Counted from the first letter of the stretch, positions 45,379 through 55,726 are shown. The stretch: 64,000 nt of DNA from Bdellovibrionales bacterium (GCA_050250515.1 JBFWON010000002.1:8815-72814), one strand, 5' to 3'. Program-made: numbers and translations. The notes: generated from the sequence alone by a model not told the origin.

Positions 45379-46860
45379 CTAGGCCACCCACTTGTAGGTG
45401 ATGTGCCGACCGCTCCCGCACTTATCCAAAGCGCCTTCTTTTATGGCGAGGCCGAGGATTCGATTTACTGTAGCCTTTGAGACTCCCAAAACTTCGGCCG
45501 CTCGACTGGACGTGAAACCGAGGTCTCCAACAGCACTGCGTAATCGAGTCAGGTTGCCATTCACCAATAGATTGGACTCGGCCTGTTTTTCCGAGACGAG
45601 TGGAACATGGATTCCTAAATCTTCTTCGACAGACGCCGACAGGTTCAAGTTCTCCATTTTGATCGAGAGTGAAAGGCGATTTTCCTTCGCCCAGCCTCGA
45701 AGTCTGTACAAGACCATATTGATTCGGTCGAGAGAGACCTCCGGATTAAAATACTGGTTCGGGTAAAGCTCTGCAAAAAAATGTCCTACGGAAATCGGGC
45801 GGTAGAAATCCATAAATAGTAGAGACAGTGCCCGATGAAGAATTTGTCCGGGCTTAAGAAGGGGGGACCTCTGGTTCAGCAGACCAGAAGATAAATCGAG
45901 GACGGTACCGTCAGGTTGTCCCATGGTAAACCCTTCTGGTGGTCGCGCCCAGGTCTTAAAATGTCGATTCAGCTTCATGCGAAAGGGTTGAAAGGGTGAG
46001 CCCACGTAGACGCGATCGAAGAGATCTTGGCGGCGCGATAATTCGGCGATCATGCGATCGCAATCGCGAATTGTCTCCCAGTGCGACATTTCAACCGCCC
46101 TATGGCGTATGGCTACGATCTCTCGCAAGTCGGATGGGTGGTTCGATTGCATCGACTGAACGTAGGACCACCACTTCATAAGCAAGAGTTCGTTTACGTT
46201 AGTAATTTCACCAATGCTCTCTCGGGCCGGGCGTAAAACCTGAATGGCTTTCGACCAATCTGCACGTGCAATGTGGATTTGTGCTTCGAGTTCGATCAGG
46301 TGCTTTTGTATAAGGGCCCATGACTGCTTCTTAGCCGATTCGGAAAGTTCGGCGAGGAGCAATTGGGCGGAATCTATTTGCTGAGCGTTGATCAAGCAGG
46401 CCAAAAGGTTGACCATCGCCACCGCCCGTTCGTATTCAGGATCGGAACTGAGAGTGAGATAATTTTGAATTAGTGGAATGGCACCCACGTAGTCCCACTT
46501 CGTCTGGCGTATATAGGCGAGGTAAAGCTGCGCCTGTGCGCTTTCCTTCGGAAGTGATTCGAGCACAACGGTCGCTTCGCGAGTGGAACCCAGTCGCGCA
46601 AGAGCCAAGGCTAGAGCCAGCCTTTCTTGTTCGGAAGCTTCTGCCCGAAGTTCATTTTCGGTTCGCACAACAGGATTTAAGATGGCTGCGGCCTTGTGGG
46701 CTAAATTGGAGCGCACCATGAGTAAGCCCACACGGGCGACAACGGCTCTGGGTACCGAGCCCTTCGGTATTTGCAATAGCTGAGTTCTAGCCGATGCGAG
46801 GTGCCCCATTTTTATTTGCTGATCTAGAAGCTCTAGCTTCTCATCCCATTCTTCACTCAT
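45379..46860 (-). CDS. TPR-repeat regulator with a winged-helix-like middle domain and a C-terminal HTH
   Basis: TPR-like N-terminal 300 aa, followed by an ...INMVLYRLRGWAKENRL wHTH-like region. The C-terminus has AAEVLGVSKATVNRILGLA. Confidence 0.6.
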   Translation of the reverse strand: MSEEWDEKLELLDQQIKMGHLASARTQLLQIPKGSVPRAVVARVGLLMVRSNLAHKAAAILNPVVRTENELRAEASEQERLALALALARLGSTREATVVLESLPKESAQAQLYLAYIRQTKWDYVGAIPLIQNYLTLSSDPEYERAVAMVNLLACLINAQQIDSAQLLLAELSESAKKQSWALIQKHLIELEAQIHIARADWSKAIQVLRPARESIGEITNVNELLLMKWWSYVQSMQSNHPSDLREIVAIRHRAVEMSHWETIRDCDRMIAELSRRQDLFDRVYVGSPFQPFRMKLNRHFKTWARPPEGFTMGQPDGTVLDLSSGLLNQRSPLLKPGQILHRALSLLFMDFYRPISVGHFFAELYPNQYFNPEVSLDRINMVLYRLRGWAKENRLSLSIKMENLNLSASVEEDLGIHVPLVSEKQAESNLLVNGNLTRLRSAVGDLGFTSSRAAEVLGVSKATVNRILGLAIKEGALDKCGSGRHITYKWVA

Positions 46861-47100
46861 AGTCCACCCTACCGTCCCAGTTTATCCTATCCCCCGGGGA
46901 CCCCGACTAAAGAAAATGATTCGCAGTCTCTGTTGAGGTGATATCCGATACTTAGGCGATTCTTCCTGTCTCACTTCGAGCCCCGGCTGATGGCTGAGCC
47001 TCGTTTTGGGATGGGGGCACTATCTCGGTTTCTATCGGCTCAAACATTTGAGTAGGCGGCCGAAAACGGATGTTCTAAGCTCTTTTTGTGTGGGGGACAA

Positions 47101-48765
47101 ATGAAGAGTTCAAATCGAAAGCAAAAGTCGATTTTAATGGCAGTTTTGTTGATGACTCTACTTCTCCCCTTTCAAAATTGCGGACCGCTGAAAGCGAAAG
47201 TCGAGATTTCTTCGAAGAAGGCCGAGCCCACGACGACTGAAGGCTCTTCAACGGCGCCATCTTCAGATGCGGTTCCAAATCCTGATCTTGTTCCTGATCC
47301 TGTTCCTGTTCCTGTTCCTACACCTACACCTACACCTATACCTTCACCGGTGCCTGCCCCTGCGCCTACACCAGCTCCTGGGCCGGCACCGGTGCCTTCC
47401 TCTTCGGGATTCAATACGCTTCCCGAAATTTCGGGGGTTAATGTGGAAGTGAGGTGGAATACGGCGGTCATCAACTTCTCTGCCGTGAGTGGAGCGAAGG
47501 ATTATCGAATCTATATTCTTCCTGCCGACGGTCAAGTGACGATGGACGCCAACGGCGTAACGACAATTCCGAATGCAATTTATCGCTGTGGTGGGCTCAA
47601 TGGGAACTCGCCCGTCCGGAATCTTCAATGGCCGGGATTGAGTGGTGCGACTCAATTGGTGATCGAGGCTCTCGATGGACTTTGTCCCGACAACGGAATG
47701 TTGTCAGCTAATCCTCTGAAGAGTGATCCCGAAAAATTCAGATGGAAGACTCTCGATCAATTGCAAAGTGAATCTTCAACGGGTGAAGTCTTTGTTAACG
47801 GGCAGGCGCTTAACGGGTTGAAGCCTAAAGCACTGGCTCGATCGTTTGTGAACGCCTCTCCTAAAAGCCCGGGCACCTGGGATTGGCTCATGGATTTTGC
47901 ACCGGGCTCGCCCAAGCATATCTTTAATAGTATGAAGTGTGCCATAACTATTGGAACTGAGTGTTTTCAAACATTCTTGCTTCAATCGGATCTTTTGCAA
48001 ATAGAGTTCAACACGATTGAGTCCGACTATCATTCGGTAGGAGCGGTTTTAGGCGAACTACGAGCGAACTTTGTGGATTGGGCTTGGGACACCAATGGTA
48101 AGTTTCGGATCAATCCCAAGAGCTCAACGACCATGAGCGCGGACAAGTTCCTGCACGTCACCATGGCGACTCAGATTGTGACCACCGCTCGGCGCTATCC
48201 GCAAATAATTATCTCAGATCAAGCCTTCCCGGTCTCTGATTACATGGTAAAGGGTAATTCCGTTGTTATTCAGACTCGCGGAAATGATCCTTATCCCGTC
48301 GAAATACAAATTTGTGACCATCGGAGATGGGATGTGAACGATCAGTGCCCCGGCTTCAGTCTGGGCGCGCATTGGCAGCCCGGATTCAACGGCTATTTGG
48401 AAGATACAATCCCGGGTGCACCCCAAGTTAGAGATCTGATGGGTTGGGATCGAAAAGTTCAGTTCGACGTCTACGCTTCGACCAAGAAGGTCTATGTTCT
48501 GCTCGAGGGTAAACCCTATGGGTGTGTGAACTTGCCCTCGTCTGGAGTGCCATCAGGACAATCCTATGTCACCTTTGCGAATACCCTATACCATAGCGGA
48601 GCCGACGACTCTGTGCCGAAGGGTCCCTATGGAAACAAGCAGATGCATTACCAAACCGTGGCGTCATTTAACAATTTAGCTTATGCGAGTGGAAGTTCGG
48701 CTCCAGCATGGGATGAATCTGTTATTCCTTGCAAGGCTGTGAACAGCCTATCCGACAATCCGTAG
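47101..48765 (+). CDS. lipoprotein with a Pro-rich linker, unknown function
   Basis: ATG at 47101 follows GGGGGA. Lipobox LLLPFQNCG. The linker is PNPDLVPDPVPVPVPTPTPTPIPSPVPAPAPTPAPGPAPVP. Confidence 0.6.
   Translation: MKSSNRKQKSILMAVLLMTLLLPFQNCGPLKAKVEISSKKAEPTTTEGSSTAPSSDAVPNPDLVPDPVPVPVPTPTPTPIPSPVPAPAPTPAPGPAPVPSSSGFNTLPEISGVNVEVRWNTAVINFSAVSGAKDYRIYILPADGQVTMDANGVTTIPNAIYRCGGLNGNSPVRNLQWPGLSGATQLVIEALDGLCPDNGMLSANPLKSDPEKFRWKTLDQLQSESSTGEVFVNGQALNGLKPKALARSFVNASPKSPGTWDWLMDFAPGSPKHIFNSMKCAITIGTECFQTFLLQSDLLQIEFNTIESDYHSVGAVLGELRANFVDWAWDTNGKFRINPKSSTTMSADKFLHVTMATQIVTTARRYPQIIISDQAFPVSDYMVKGNSVVIQTRGNDPYPVEIQICDHRRWDVNDQCPGFSLGAHWQPGFNGYLEDTIPGAPQVRDLMGWDRKVQFDVYASTKKVYVLLEGKPYGCVNLPSSGVPSGQSYVTFANTLYHSGADDSVPKGPYGNKQMHYQTVASFNNLAYASGSSAPAWDESVIPCKAVNSLSDNP
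47281..47396 (+). repeat. in-frame hexamer microsatellites encoding PV/PT repeats
   Basis: (CCTGTT)x3 at 47299-47316 and (CCTACA)x3 at 47317-47334, embedded in a longer CCN-rich tract. Confidence 0.8.
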
Positions 48766-50157
48766 TTAGGACTCCGGAGGTTTGAGAAGATCTAGGGTGG
48801 GGCCTGGGCCCGTTAAGGTTTCTAGAAAGTGAACGAGGTCGGCCTGCTCGGACTCGGTGAGTTCGAGCGGTTTGATTTCCGACCGACCAGGGTATCCGTG
48901 TTGGTCGCCTCCTCTTGAGAAAAAGATCATCACGTCTTCGAGTTTTGTCATTTGACCCGTGTGAAAGAAGGACGGGCGAAGTCTTACACATCTTAGCGTC
49001 GGTGTGCGAAAGGCCCCCTTTAAAGCCTTGTCCACCTTGCGTGGGTAGACCTTGCGTTTGCCGTCGCTGAAAGGTCCATGGCTAGAGAGTGGGGTGGCGA
49101 TGCCCTGCCGAAAGCCAAGGTAAGCCCCTTGGTCGTCTTTGTCGATAAAGAGACGACTGGGCCCCACTCCGGCGGGTCTAAGTCCGATATTGTGAAATTG
49201 GAAATCCGTCAGAAAGGGCCCTGAGTGGCAGGTGATGCACCTGGCTTTTCCGATAAACAAGCGAAGTCCATTTTGTTCGCTCGAATTCATGGCGGACTTG
49301 TCACCGCGAACCCATTTATCAAATCGCCCCGGCCCGCACTTGAGCTTGCGTAAGTAGGCTTCAATCGCCTTGCCCATATTGGCTACGACTCCGGTGATGG
49401 CGTGCTGATCCGCCTTTGTCATCTTGTCAAATTCGGCCTTGTCTCCGGGACCACCTCTTTGTGGCCCAATACAGGGCAAATAGGTTTTGCCTTGGGTAAA
49501 GCGGCAGCCGATTTCATTTGCTCCGAGTTTTGGAAATCGCTTCGTATCCTGTAGGTTGGGCAGGGGGCCAAAAATGGCCTCGTATTCGGGCTTATGAAAT
49601 TCGAAAATCTGGTGTGCGACAAAGAGCCTGGCGCTGTTGAACTCAACTGGCGACTCAATCACATCAAAAATCTGACCAAACAAAGTGTCATGTCGACCAT
49701 CCCACATCCATAAGGGGGCTTGGGCCACGTCCAAAAGCATCGGCGTTCGCCGAGTCCCCCAACCCGCAGCCAGTGAGATCTGCCGACCGACGGAGCGAAA
49801 ATCTTGAAAATGATTCTCGCTTTGATGGCAACCCGCGCAGGCGACTTTTCCCGTCTCACCTTTTCGGCCCAAGGCTTTCTCGGAGCCATCATTGTCTCCG
49901 TCATTCAGGCGCCCGGAAAAACGAGGATCAAAAAAAATTTTTTGTCCAAATTGAGCGGCGTCTTCCCGATCCGCAAACCGGTTGCTCGGATTCGACGGTG
50001 GATCGGGTAATCTCTCTGGAGATAGAGAGAGTATGATCTTCATTTCGCTCGCGGACCACGGCTGCAAATTGTCAGCTTCGGCCAAAGTCGCGGCCAGCCC
50101 TAGACTAAGTGACAGACAAGAGTAGAGGATGTGTGGGCTCGCCATAGTCCTAATCAT
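48766..50157 (-). CDS. di-heme cytochrome c peroxidase (CCP/MauG family)
   Basis: Two CxxCH motifs, CAGCHQ and CITCHSG, and FHNIGL. Start taken at ATG 50157 (MIRTMASPHILYSCLSLSLGLA signal). Confidence 0.8.
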   Translation of the reverse strand: MIRTMASPHILYSCLSLSLGLAATLAEADNLQPWSASEMKIILSLSPERLPDPPSNPSNRFADREDAAQFGQKIFFDPRFSGRLNDGDNDGSEKALGRKGETGKVACAGCHQSENHFQDFRSVGRQISLAAGWGTRRTPMLLDVAQAPLWMWDGRHDTLFGQIFDVIESPVEFNSARLFVAHQIFEFHKPEYEAIFGPLPNLQDTKRFPKLGANEIGCRFTQGKTYLPCIGPQRGGPGDKAEFDKMTKADQHAITGVVANMGKAIEAYLRKLKCGPGRFDKWVRGDKSAMNSSEQNGLRLFIGKARCITCHSGPFLTDFQFHNIGLRPAGVGPSRLFIDKDDQGAYLGFRQGIATPLSSHGPFSDGKRKVYPRKVDKALKGAFRTPTLRCVRLRPSFFHTGQMTKLEDVMIFFSRGGDQHGYPGRSEIKPLELTESEQADLVHFLETLTGPGPTLDLLKPPES

Positions 50158-50241
50158 CGGAATTTTCCTCCGGCGACTGGAGCGCCCGCCCGTGCGCGAA
50201 CGCCCTAACGCGCTAATTCTTCTGTATTTGGCCTTCAAATT

Positions 50242-51606
50242 TTGCCCCCCCTCCAGTATACCTGGATAGGTCTGTTACAGGAGTGTAGGTCCATTAAAAA
50301 GTCGGTCAGTGGGTTTGTTGAATGGCAACCCAAAGTAAAAAAGATTGAAGAGACTTGGCTCGGTCGAATCGCGGCCGTGTTCGCTCAGAATGGATTCTTG
50401 CCCATCGAAACAGCGGCTGTTGAGTATTTGGCGACCCTCCAGACGAAGGGTGAGATCGATAAGGAAATCTACACGCTCGGCAAACTGGGTTCCGAGGTGA
50501 GCAAAGACTTGGCCTTGCACTTTGACCTAACGATCCCCCTAGCTCGCTATGTGACAGAGCATTTCGGTCGGTTGGCCTTTCCCTTCAAGCGCTATCAAAT
50601 TCAAAAAGTTTGGCGAGGGGAGCGTCCCCAATTCGGAAGATACCGAGAGTTTTACCAGGCGGACCTCGACGTCATCGATTCAGAGAGTTTGGCGGGTTTC
50701 TACGATGCCCAGGTGCTTACGGTCGGTGTGGAGGCTATGCTCAAACTCAATATTGCGCCATTTCATGTGGGGGTCAGTAACCGCAAAATCTATGAAGGCT
50801 ATTTGCTTGGGCTTGGAATCTCTCAACCCGCGTTGGTTTTGCGGTCAATCGACAAGTTAGCCAAGATCTCGTATGAGGGTGTCCTTAAAGTCTTAGTCGA
50901 CACCTTAGGTATGAATTCTAAACTGGCCGAAAAGGCGACGGCACTGGCTTGCGTAAAGTTGAGTGGTCAAACACCTTCTGATGCGGTGTCTGCGCTGGGA
51001 GTGAAACACGATCTCTTGGCCTTGGGGCTTAAGGAATTAGAAGGGCTTCTGGCGAATGTGAAAATGCTGAGCTCGCCGCAGGTGGTGGAGATCATTCAGG
51101 CAGATTTGTCATTTGTTCGAGGATTTGACTACTACACAGGAAGTATTTTTGAAGGGCAATTTTCCGATGGATCGGGTTATGGCAGCATTTGTTCGGGTGG
51201 CCGCTATGAAAATTTGGCCGAGGGATTTGGCTCGCGCAAGTTGCCGGGTGTGGGATTTTCAATAGGTGTCACCCGTATTTTGGCGAAAGAGTCTGTCGAG
51301 CCAGAAAAAATGCCTGACTATCCCAAATCGCTTTTTGATTTTTGTTTGGTGTTAGATGGTGACATGGGAGATCCGCGCCGGCTCATTGAATCTGGCAATC
51401 AGCTTAAAAGCGCTGGGTTCTCAGTCAACATGGTTTCAGTGGCAAAGCTTAAGAAAGGTTTGCAGTTGGCCGCGAGGACAGAAGCCCAGGTGGCCTTGTT
51501 CCTATTTGATGGCAAGATCGTCCTTAAACATTTGGGCAGTGGCCAGCAAATCGAAGTCGAAAACGGATCGATATTGGCCCCGGCCGAAAAATTGATTCGT
51601 ACCTAA
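50242..51606 (+). CDS. hisS: histidine--tRNA ligase
   Basis: Class II motif 2 WRGERPQFGRYREFYQADLDV and motif 3 region GGRYENL...GVGFSIG. Only a TTG start is available, so the exact start is uncertain. Confidence 0.8.
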   Translation: MPPLQYTWIGLLQECRSIKKSVSGFVEWQPKVKKIEETWLGRIAAVFAQNGFLPIETAAVEYLATLQTKGEIDKEIYTLGKLGSEVSKDLALHFDLTIPLARYVTEHFGRLAFPFKRYQIQKVWRGERPQFGRYREFYQADLDVIDSESLAGFYDAQVLTVGVEAMLKLNIAPFHVGVSNRKIYEGYLLGLGISQPALVLRSIDKLAKISYEGVLKVLVDTLGMNSKLAEKATALACVKLSGQTPSDAVSALGVKHDLLALGLKELEGLLANVKMLSSPQVVEIIQADLSFVRGFDYYTGSIFEGQFSDGSGYGSICSGGRYENLAEGFGSRKLPGVGFSIGVTRILAKESVEPEKMPDYPKSLFDFCLVLDGDMGDPRRLIESGNQLKSAGFSVNMVSVAKLKKGLQLAARTEAQVALFLFDGKIVLKHLGSGQQIEVENGSILAPAEKLIRT

Positions 51607-51609
51607 ATA

Positions 51610-54387
51610 ATGAAGGTTCTAAGGCGCGATCGATTTATCTTTCCCGCACTCTTTGTCAGCCTATTTTTGTTAACCGAAGTGATTCAGACTGTGAAGTTGA
51701 TCAGCGGCCAAGTGGTCGCTGAGGATGCCTTGAGACTCAGTCTTCTCGCCTGGCCACAGTTTGTTTCTTTTGGCTTGCGAGTGTGCCTTTTGTTCGCCTT
51801 GCTGTTCGTTGTTTTGTGGATGATCGAAGAGATCTTTCTTCTATTCCACAGAGCATGGTTTTACTTGGGACTGCTTCTCTATGTGTTTCTGTTTAACTTG
51901 GTTCGCAACCCTTCTATTTTTGACGAATTCGAATCTTTCAGGGCGACTCTTCTAACTGTGCAGCCCTGGCTTGGGGAAGGGATGGTTCATTTGGCCGCCG
52001 TCTCTTGCTTAGGAGCCGCGTGGGTCAGTCTTCTTAGGAGTCATCCAAGGAAGCTTAGAGTTTTGTGGGCCTCGATCCTTACGATGCTACTGGTTTCGTT
52101 TTACTGGCTGGGTCAAAGACTTGGGCCGCTGCCCCAGAGGACGGCCGCTTTACCACCGATCTCGTCGGAGGGGAAGAACGTCATAATATTGTCCGTAGAC
52201 TCGCTGTTGCCGCACGAAGACCTTAGCCTTCTGGCCTCCGGGCCCGATGATCCCGTCGCGCGATTTTGGCGGCAATCCATTTCATTTGATCGCGTGATCA
52301 CTCCGTTGCCACGGACGCACGCCTCGTTGGTGTCTCTGTTTACTGCGCGGACGCCCTCACAACATGGGGTGCGGTACAATTTGTCTTCGCAAAGCCTGGA
52401 CACGGACAAATTGTTGGAGGATTCACCACTCTCCCGCTTAAAGAACGCCGGTTTCGAAGTCAGTTATCTAAACGATGAAAATGATTACACGTCATTTGCA
52501 AAGGGTCAGGTGATCGACCATGTGGGTGGTGGGGCTCAGGGTCTGAAGGCTCTCTTCTTTCCAAGCGTTTTCAGAAGTCGGCTCATTGCCGGACTCTTCA
52601 ATAATCCCGTGGGTTACTTTTTCTTGCCTGAGATGAGAGCCAATGCCGCGTTCGCCACTTTTTATCGGCCTGAATTTTTTCGCACTGAAATTTTGAATCG
52701 GTTGAGTTATCTGCAGAATGAAAAGCGACCTTTCTTTCTCTTTGCTCATTCTAATTTTTTGCATTGGCCTGGACACTTGACCTATCCCGACTATCCCCGC
52801 CAGGGTTTTGCAAAGGGCGGTAGCCCCTATTCCTACGATACCAGCGTTTTGTGGGGCCAGACAGAAACCTATCCCGCCGAGCGTATGTCTTTCGATCGAG
52901 AAATCTATCGGCGGGGCGTGGCCGCGATGACCAGAGATCATCTGAGGCCCCTCCTTCAGGCATTATATGACTCTGGTGAAATGGAGCGTTCGATCGTCGT
53001 TCTCATGTCGGATCATGGTGAAAATTTTTGGTCCGCCGACCGGCTACCGAAAGCTCGCTATCCCGAGCATGGGTCTACACTCCTATTGGGAGACCCTTCC
53101 GAACAGATGTTTCTGCGGATTCATTTTCCTAAGGAGGAGGCACGGCACATCTCCTCGACGGTGGGGATCATTGATGTTCTGCCTACCATATTGGAGAGTC
53201 TTGGCTTGAAGGATTTCAAGTATGAGGGTGAGAGCTTTCTTCCTCTGGTGCGGGGGGGCACCCGTGGGCGGCGCGACTATTTTGTCGAGACAGGATATTG
53301 GCCGTGGAGTCTTTTTGAGGGGCAATTCACGGCTTATTCTGCCGGCACCCTATTTTCCAACTTGATTACCGGACCACGAGAACAGCCCTACCTGAGTGAT
53401 TCCGTCACGGCCCCCGTGATGATTCAAAAGCAGTTCGCTCTTTACCGCGAGTCTTTTAAGTTAGTCATGTATCCCAGTCGAGAGGGCTACAGACTTTTTC
53501 TCTGCGATTTGGAAAATGATGAGTCCTGCAAGTTCGATGTCGCCCGTTTACATCCGAAAACCTTGAGTGAAATGGCCACTCAAATTGTCGATCAGTTGGC
53601 CAGTGAGCAGGTTCGGGGATGGATTCCTCCTCTGCGTGTGGTTCAACGGCGTGGATCGGTCGAAATTATTTCTGAGCCCACGAGGAGGGGGCCCATCACG
53701 GATTGGGCGAGATTGTTAAGTGCGAGTGAGGCGATTCACCGGCATCATGAGTTTCAAGTTGGCCTAGCGATTTTGACCGACTTGACCCAGGCGATGGATC
53801 GCTCGGTGGCCCTGAAAGCGAACGATGAATTGAAGTCCATCTGCCGATCCCGGGTGTTGGCCGATTCTTTATCCCAAAAGTTTTGCCCCCAGCCGGGAAC
53901 AGGCGACGTGGAGGTCAGGCCTCTGCGTACAGTTTCAACCCAAGCGCTCATCCAGGAATGGTTAAAGTTCGTGGTAAACGGGCAATGGACGAAGGCTCAG
54001 GCTAATGCGCTGGCAGAACCGGTGTTGGGCATGGCCTGGAGGTTACGCCTGCCTGGGGAGTTGGACCAACTCTGGACCGATTTTGCTTCGGAACTCCGTT
54101 CGATCGATTCGCCCCAAGAATTACTGGTGAAGTCGAATCTTCTGGTAGAGGAAGATCTGCCCCTAGAAGCCTTTTATGAAATTCTAAAGCAGATAGGCAG
54201 GGCCACCGATCCGGAGTCTCAACTGCCATTGCCGGAGGAAATCCATCAGATTGTGAAGGCCTCCGCCTCTCGGCATTGGGCGCGCCCGAGCGTGCGGGAT
54301 ATTGAAATCGGAATAGCCAGGGCACGAGTGAAAGGGCACTTGCGTCGCCCCCTCAACGAAGTGAAAACAAGGCCAACCAAAAATTGA
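51610..54387 (+). CDS. membrane-anchored alkaline-phosphatase-superfamily (LtaS/EptA/sulfatase-like) enzyme with a long C-terminal extension
   Basis: About 5 N-terminal TMs. Motifs NVIILSVDSL, LPRTHASLVSLFTARTPSQHGV and VVLMSDHGENF. The last ~300 aa are unassigned. Confidence 0.65.
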   Translation: MKVLRRDRFIFPALFVSLFLLTEVIQTVKLISGQVVAEDALRLSLLAWPQFVSFGLRVCLLFALLFVVLWMIEEIFLLFHRAWFYLGLLLYVFLFNLVRNPSIFDEFESFRATLLTVQPWLGEGMVHLAAVSCLGAAWVSLLRSHPRKLRVLWASILTMLLVSFYWLGQRLGPLPQRTAALPPISSEGKNVIILSVDSLLPHEDLSLLASGPDDPVARFWRQSISFDRVITPLPRTHASLVSLFTARTPSQHGVRYNLSSQSLDTDKLLEDSPLSRLKNAGFEVSYLNDENDYTSFAKGQVIDHVGGGAQGLKALFFPSVFRSRLIAGLFNNPVGYFFLPEMRANAAFATFYRPEFFRTEILNRLSYLQNEKRPFFLFAHSNFLHWPGHLTYPDYPRQGFAKGGSPYSYDTSVLWGQTETYPAERMSFDREIYRRGVAAMTRDHLRPLLQALYDSGEMERSIVVLMSDHGENFWSADRLPKARYPEHGSTLLLGDPSEQMFLRIHFPKEEARHISSTVGIIDVLPTILESLGLKDFKYEGESFLPLVRGGTRGRRDYFVETGYWPWSLFEGQFTAYSAGTLFSNLITGPREQPYLSDSVTAPVMIQKQFALYRESFKLVMYPSREGYRLFLCDLENDESCKFDVARLHPKTLSEMATQIVDQLASEQVRGWIPPLRVVQRRGSVEIISEPTRRGPITDWARLLSASEAIHRHHEFQVGLAILTDLTQAMDRSVALKANDELKSICRSRVLADSLSQKFCPQPGTGDVEVRPLRTVSTQALIQEWLKFVVNGQWTKAQANALAEPVLGMAWRLRLPGELDQLWTDFASELRSIDSPQELLVKSNLLVEEDLPLEAFYEILKQIGRATDPESQLPLPEEIHQIVKASASRHWARPSVRDIEIGIARARVKGHLRRPLNEVKTRPTKN

Positions 54388-55720
54388 AGTTGTCCGTCAG
54401 TCGACCCGTGGCCCAGCGCGTGTCGAACGTGGAAAGAACCACATAAAAGCCGATCACTAAGATCCGGGCCCGCCATTTCCCCCCGAAAGATTGGGGTCGT
54501 TTGCGACCACCGAGTGATCGCCATTGGGAGATAGCGATTCCCGCAGATAAAACTAAAACATAAATTGAGTACGAACGCATGAGGCGCAAGGCCTCACCGA
54601 GGCTTTGTTCCTGAAGCCGAGCGTGAAACAAAAAATGGACAAAAAAGTTTCCAAAGCCTGCGGCCGCGAATGTAGCGGCGACAACTCGCCAGCGAGTGGG
54701 CCACCGAGACAATCGATCGAAGGTCGGATAAAAATAGAAGTCGGCCAGGAGTTCCTTAAAATAATAATAATAACGATTCCAAAATTGAGCGATGGTCAGC
54801 GATTCGAAGGGCCGGTACATATTGCGCGGAAGGCGGTAACCCGCAAGTCGCAAAAACCCCACGAGCAGGTGACCGGGGACCGCAATTTCCAAAGTAGAAA
54901 AAACAAAACCAAACCCAACGTGAGCCCAATTTTGCAAGACTGAACAGGGTTGGTTGGTGGACGCTGCCGCGAGACAGTATTGTTGCGTGGGCATATGAAG
55001 TCCTAGCGGGCCGACGCCTTCGACAAAGAGCTTCGTGATCTCTCCGCCAAAGTAGAGGAGGGCGGCCCAAATCAGAAGTTTCACTCCTTTGAGTCGGGAC
55101 GTCATCCTCTCTTCCGGATCAAGACACCAAACCTTTTCTAAATAATTCCAATTCTTTCCTTTAGGGACGGGCGAGGGGTTGAACATTTGCCCGGCAAAAC
55201 TGAGAGCCAGAAGTTGTTCACGCATTCCGCGTGGTGCGGCCATCAAAGCGTAGGTGAAATAGCAAAAGAGGTGTGTCCACAGAGTAACGGCCAGCCATAA
55301 AATCCGTGACCAGTTTCCGTGGAAGCGGAGACTTTCTGCAGCGACCAGACCACAGAGAAAAAAAATGGTGTGAAGGGCGACGGGGTGCCGTCGAAACGCA
55401 CTCCAATGGCCGCGCAGCTCGACGAGAAACCAAAACCACCAGAGCAGTGCGCAGAGAGCCAGGGCCGGATACACTCCTCCGCGTTCGCCGCCACAAAAGC
55501 TGAGTGCGAGGGCAAGAAAAAAAGTACCGCCCAAAATCTCTTGTCTGAATTGGGGCCAACGGTTCACGGCGAGTAGAGCGATGGCGGCCATCCAGGGCCG
55601 TGGTAGACCCACAGCCCAAAGAACGAGACCCGCCCAATACGCCATGACGATTTGGCCAGCCGTTCGATGGGCCCACAATCTGCAAAGGGGCCAATGTTCA
55701 ATGGGTGGGATCAGTCTCAA
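54353..55720 (-). CDS. MBOAT-like membrane O-acyltransferase
   Basis: Polytopic, 455 aa. AQFWNRYYYYFKELLADFYFYP resembles the MBOAT FWRRWHxSLxxWLRDYxY block. A His-containing GNFFVHFLFH lies later in the protein. Confidence 0.5.
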   Translation of the reverse strand: MRLIPPIEHWPLCRLWAHRTAGQIVMAYWAGLVLWAVGLPRPWMAAIALLAVNRWPQFRQEILGGTFFLALALSFCGGERGGVYPALALCALLWWFWFLVELRGHWSAFRRHPVALHTIFFLCGLVAAESLRFHGNWSRILWLAVTLWTHLFCYFTYALMAAPRGMREQLLALSFAGQMFNPSPVPKGKNWNYLEKVWCLDPEERMTSRLKGVKLLIWAALLYFGGEITKLFVEGVGPLGLHMPTQQYCLAAASTNQPCSVLQNWAHVGFGFVFSTLEIAVPGHLLVGFLRLAGYRLPRNMYRPFESLTIAQFWNRYYYYFKELLADFYFYPTFDRLSRWPTRWRVVAATFAAAGFGNFFVHFLFHARLQEQSLGEALRLMRSYSIYVLVLSAGIAISQWRSLGGRKRPQSFGGKWRARILVIGFYVVLSTFDTRWATGRLTDNFNFWLALFSLR

Positions 55721-55726
55721 AAGACG

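Noticed and set aside
47281-47396. Possible CRISPR-like or tandem-repeat array
   Set aside because: The repeat units are only 6 nt, are in-frame and have no spacers. This is a coding low-complexity linker. No CRISPR array was seen anywhere in the window.
47172-47474. 100-aa minus-strand Gly-rich ORF and 61-aa plus-strand Leu-rich ORF over the Pro-rich tract
   Set aside because: Both are alternative-frame readings of the CCN microsatellite. The Pro-rich frame is continuous with the lipoprotein signal and the downstream domain.
55218-55694. 158-aa and 90-aa alternative-frame ORFs inside the MBOAT-like gene
   Set aside because: The polytopic membrane frame is far longer and hydrophobically periodic. 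The others are Arg-rich shadow frames.
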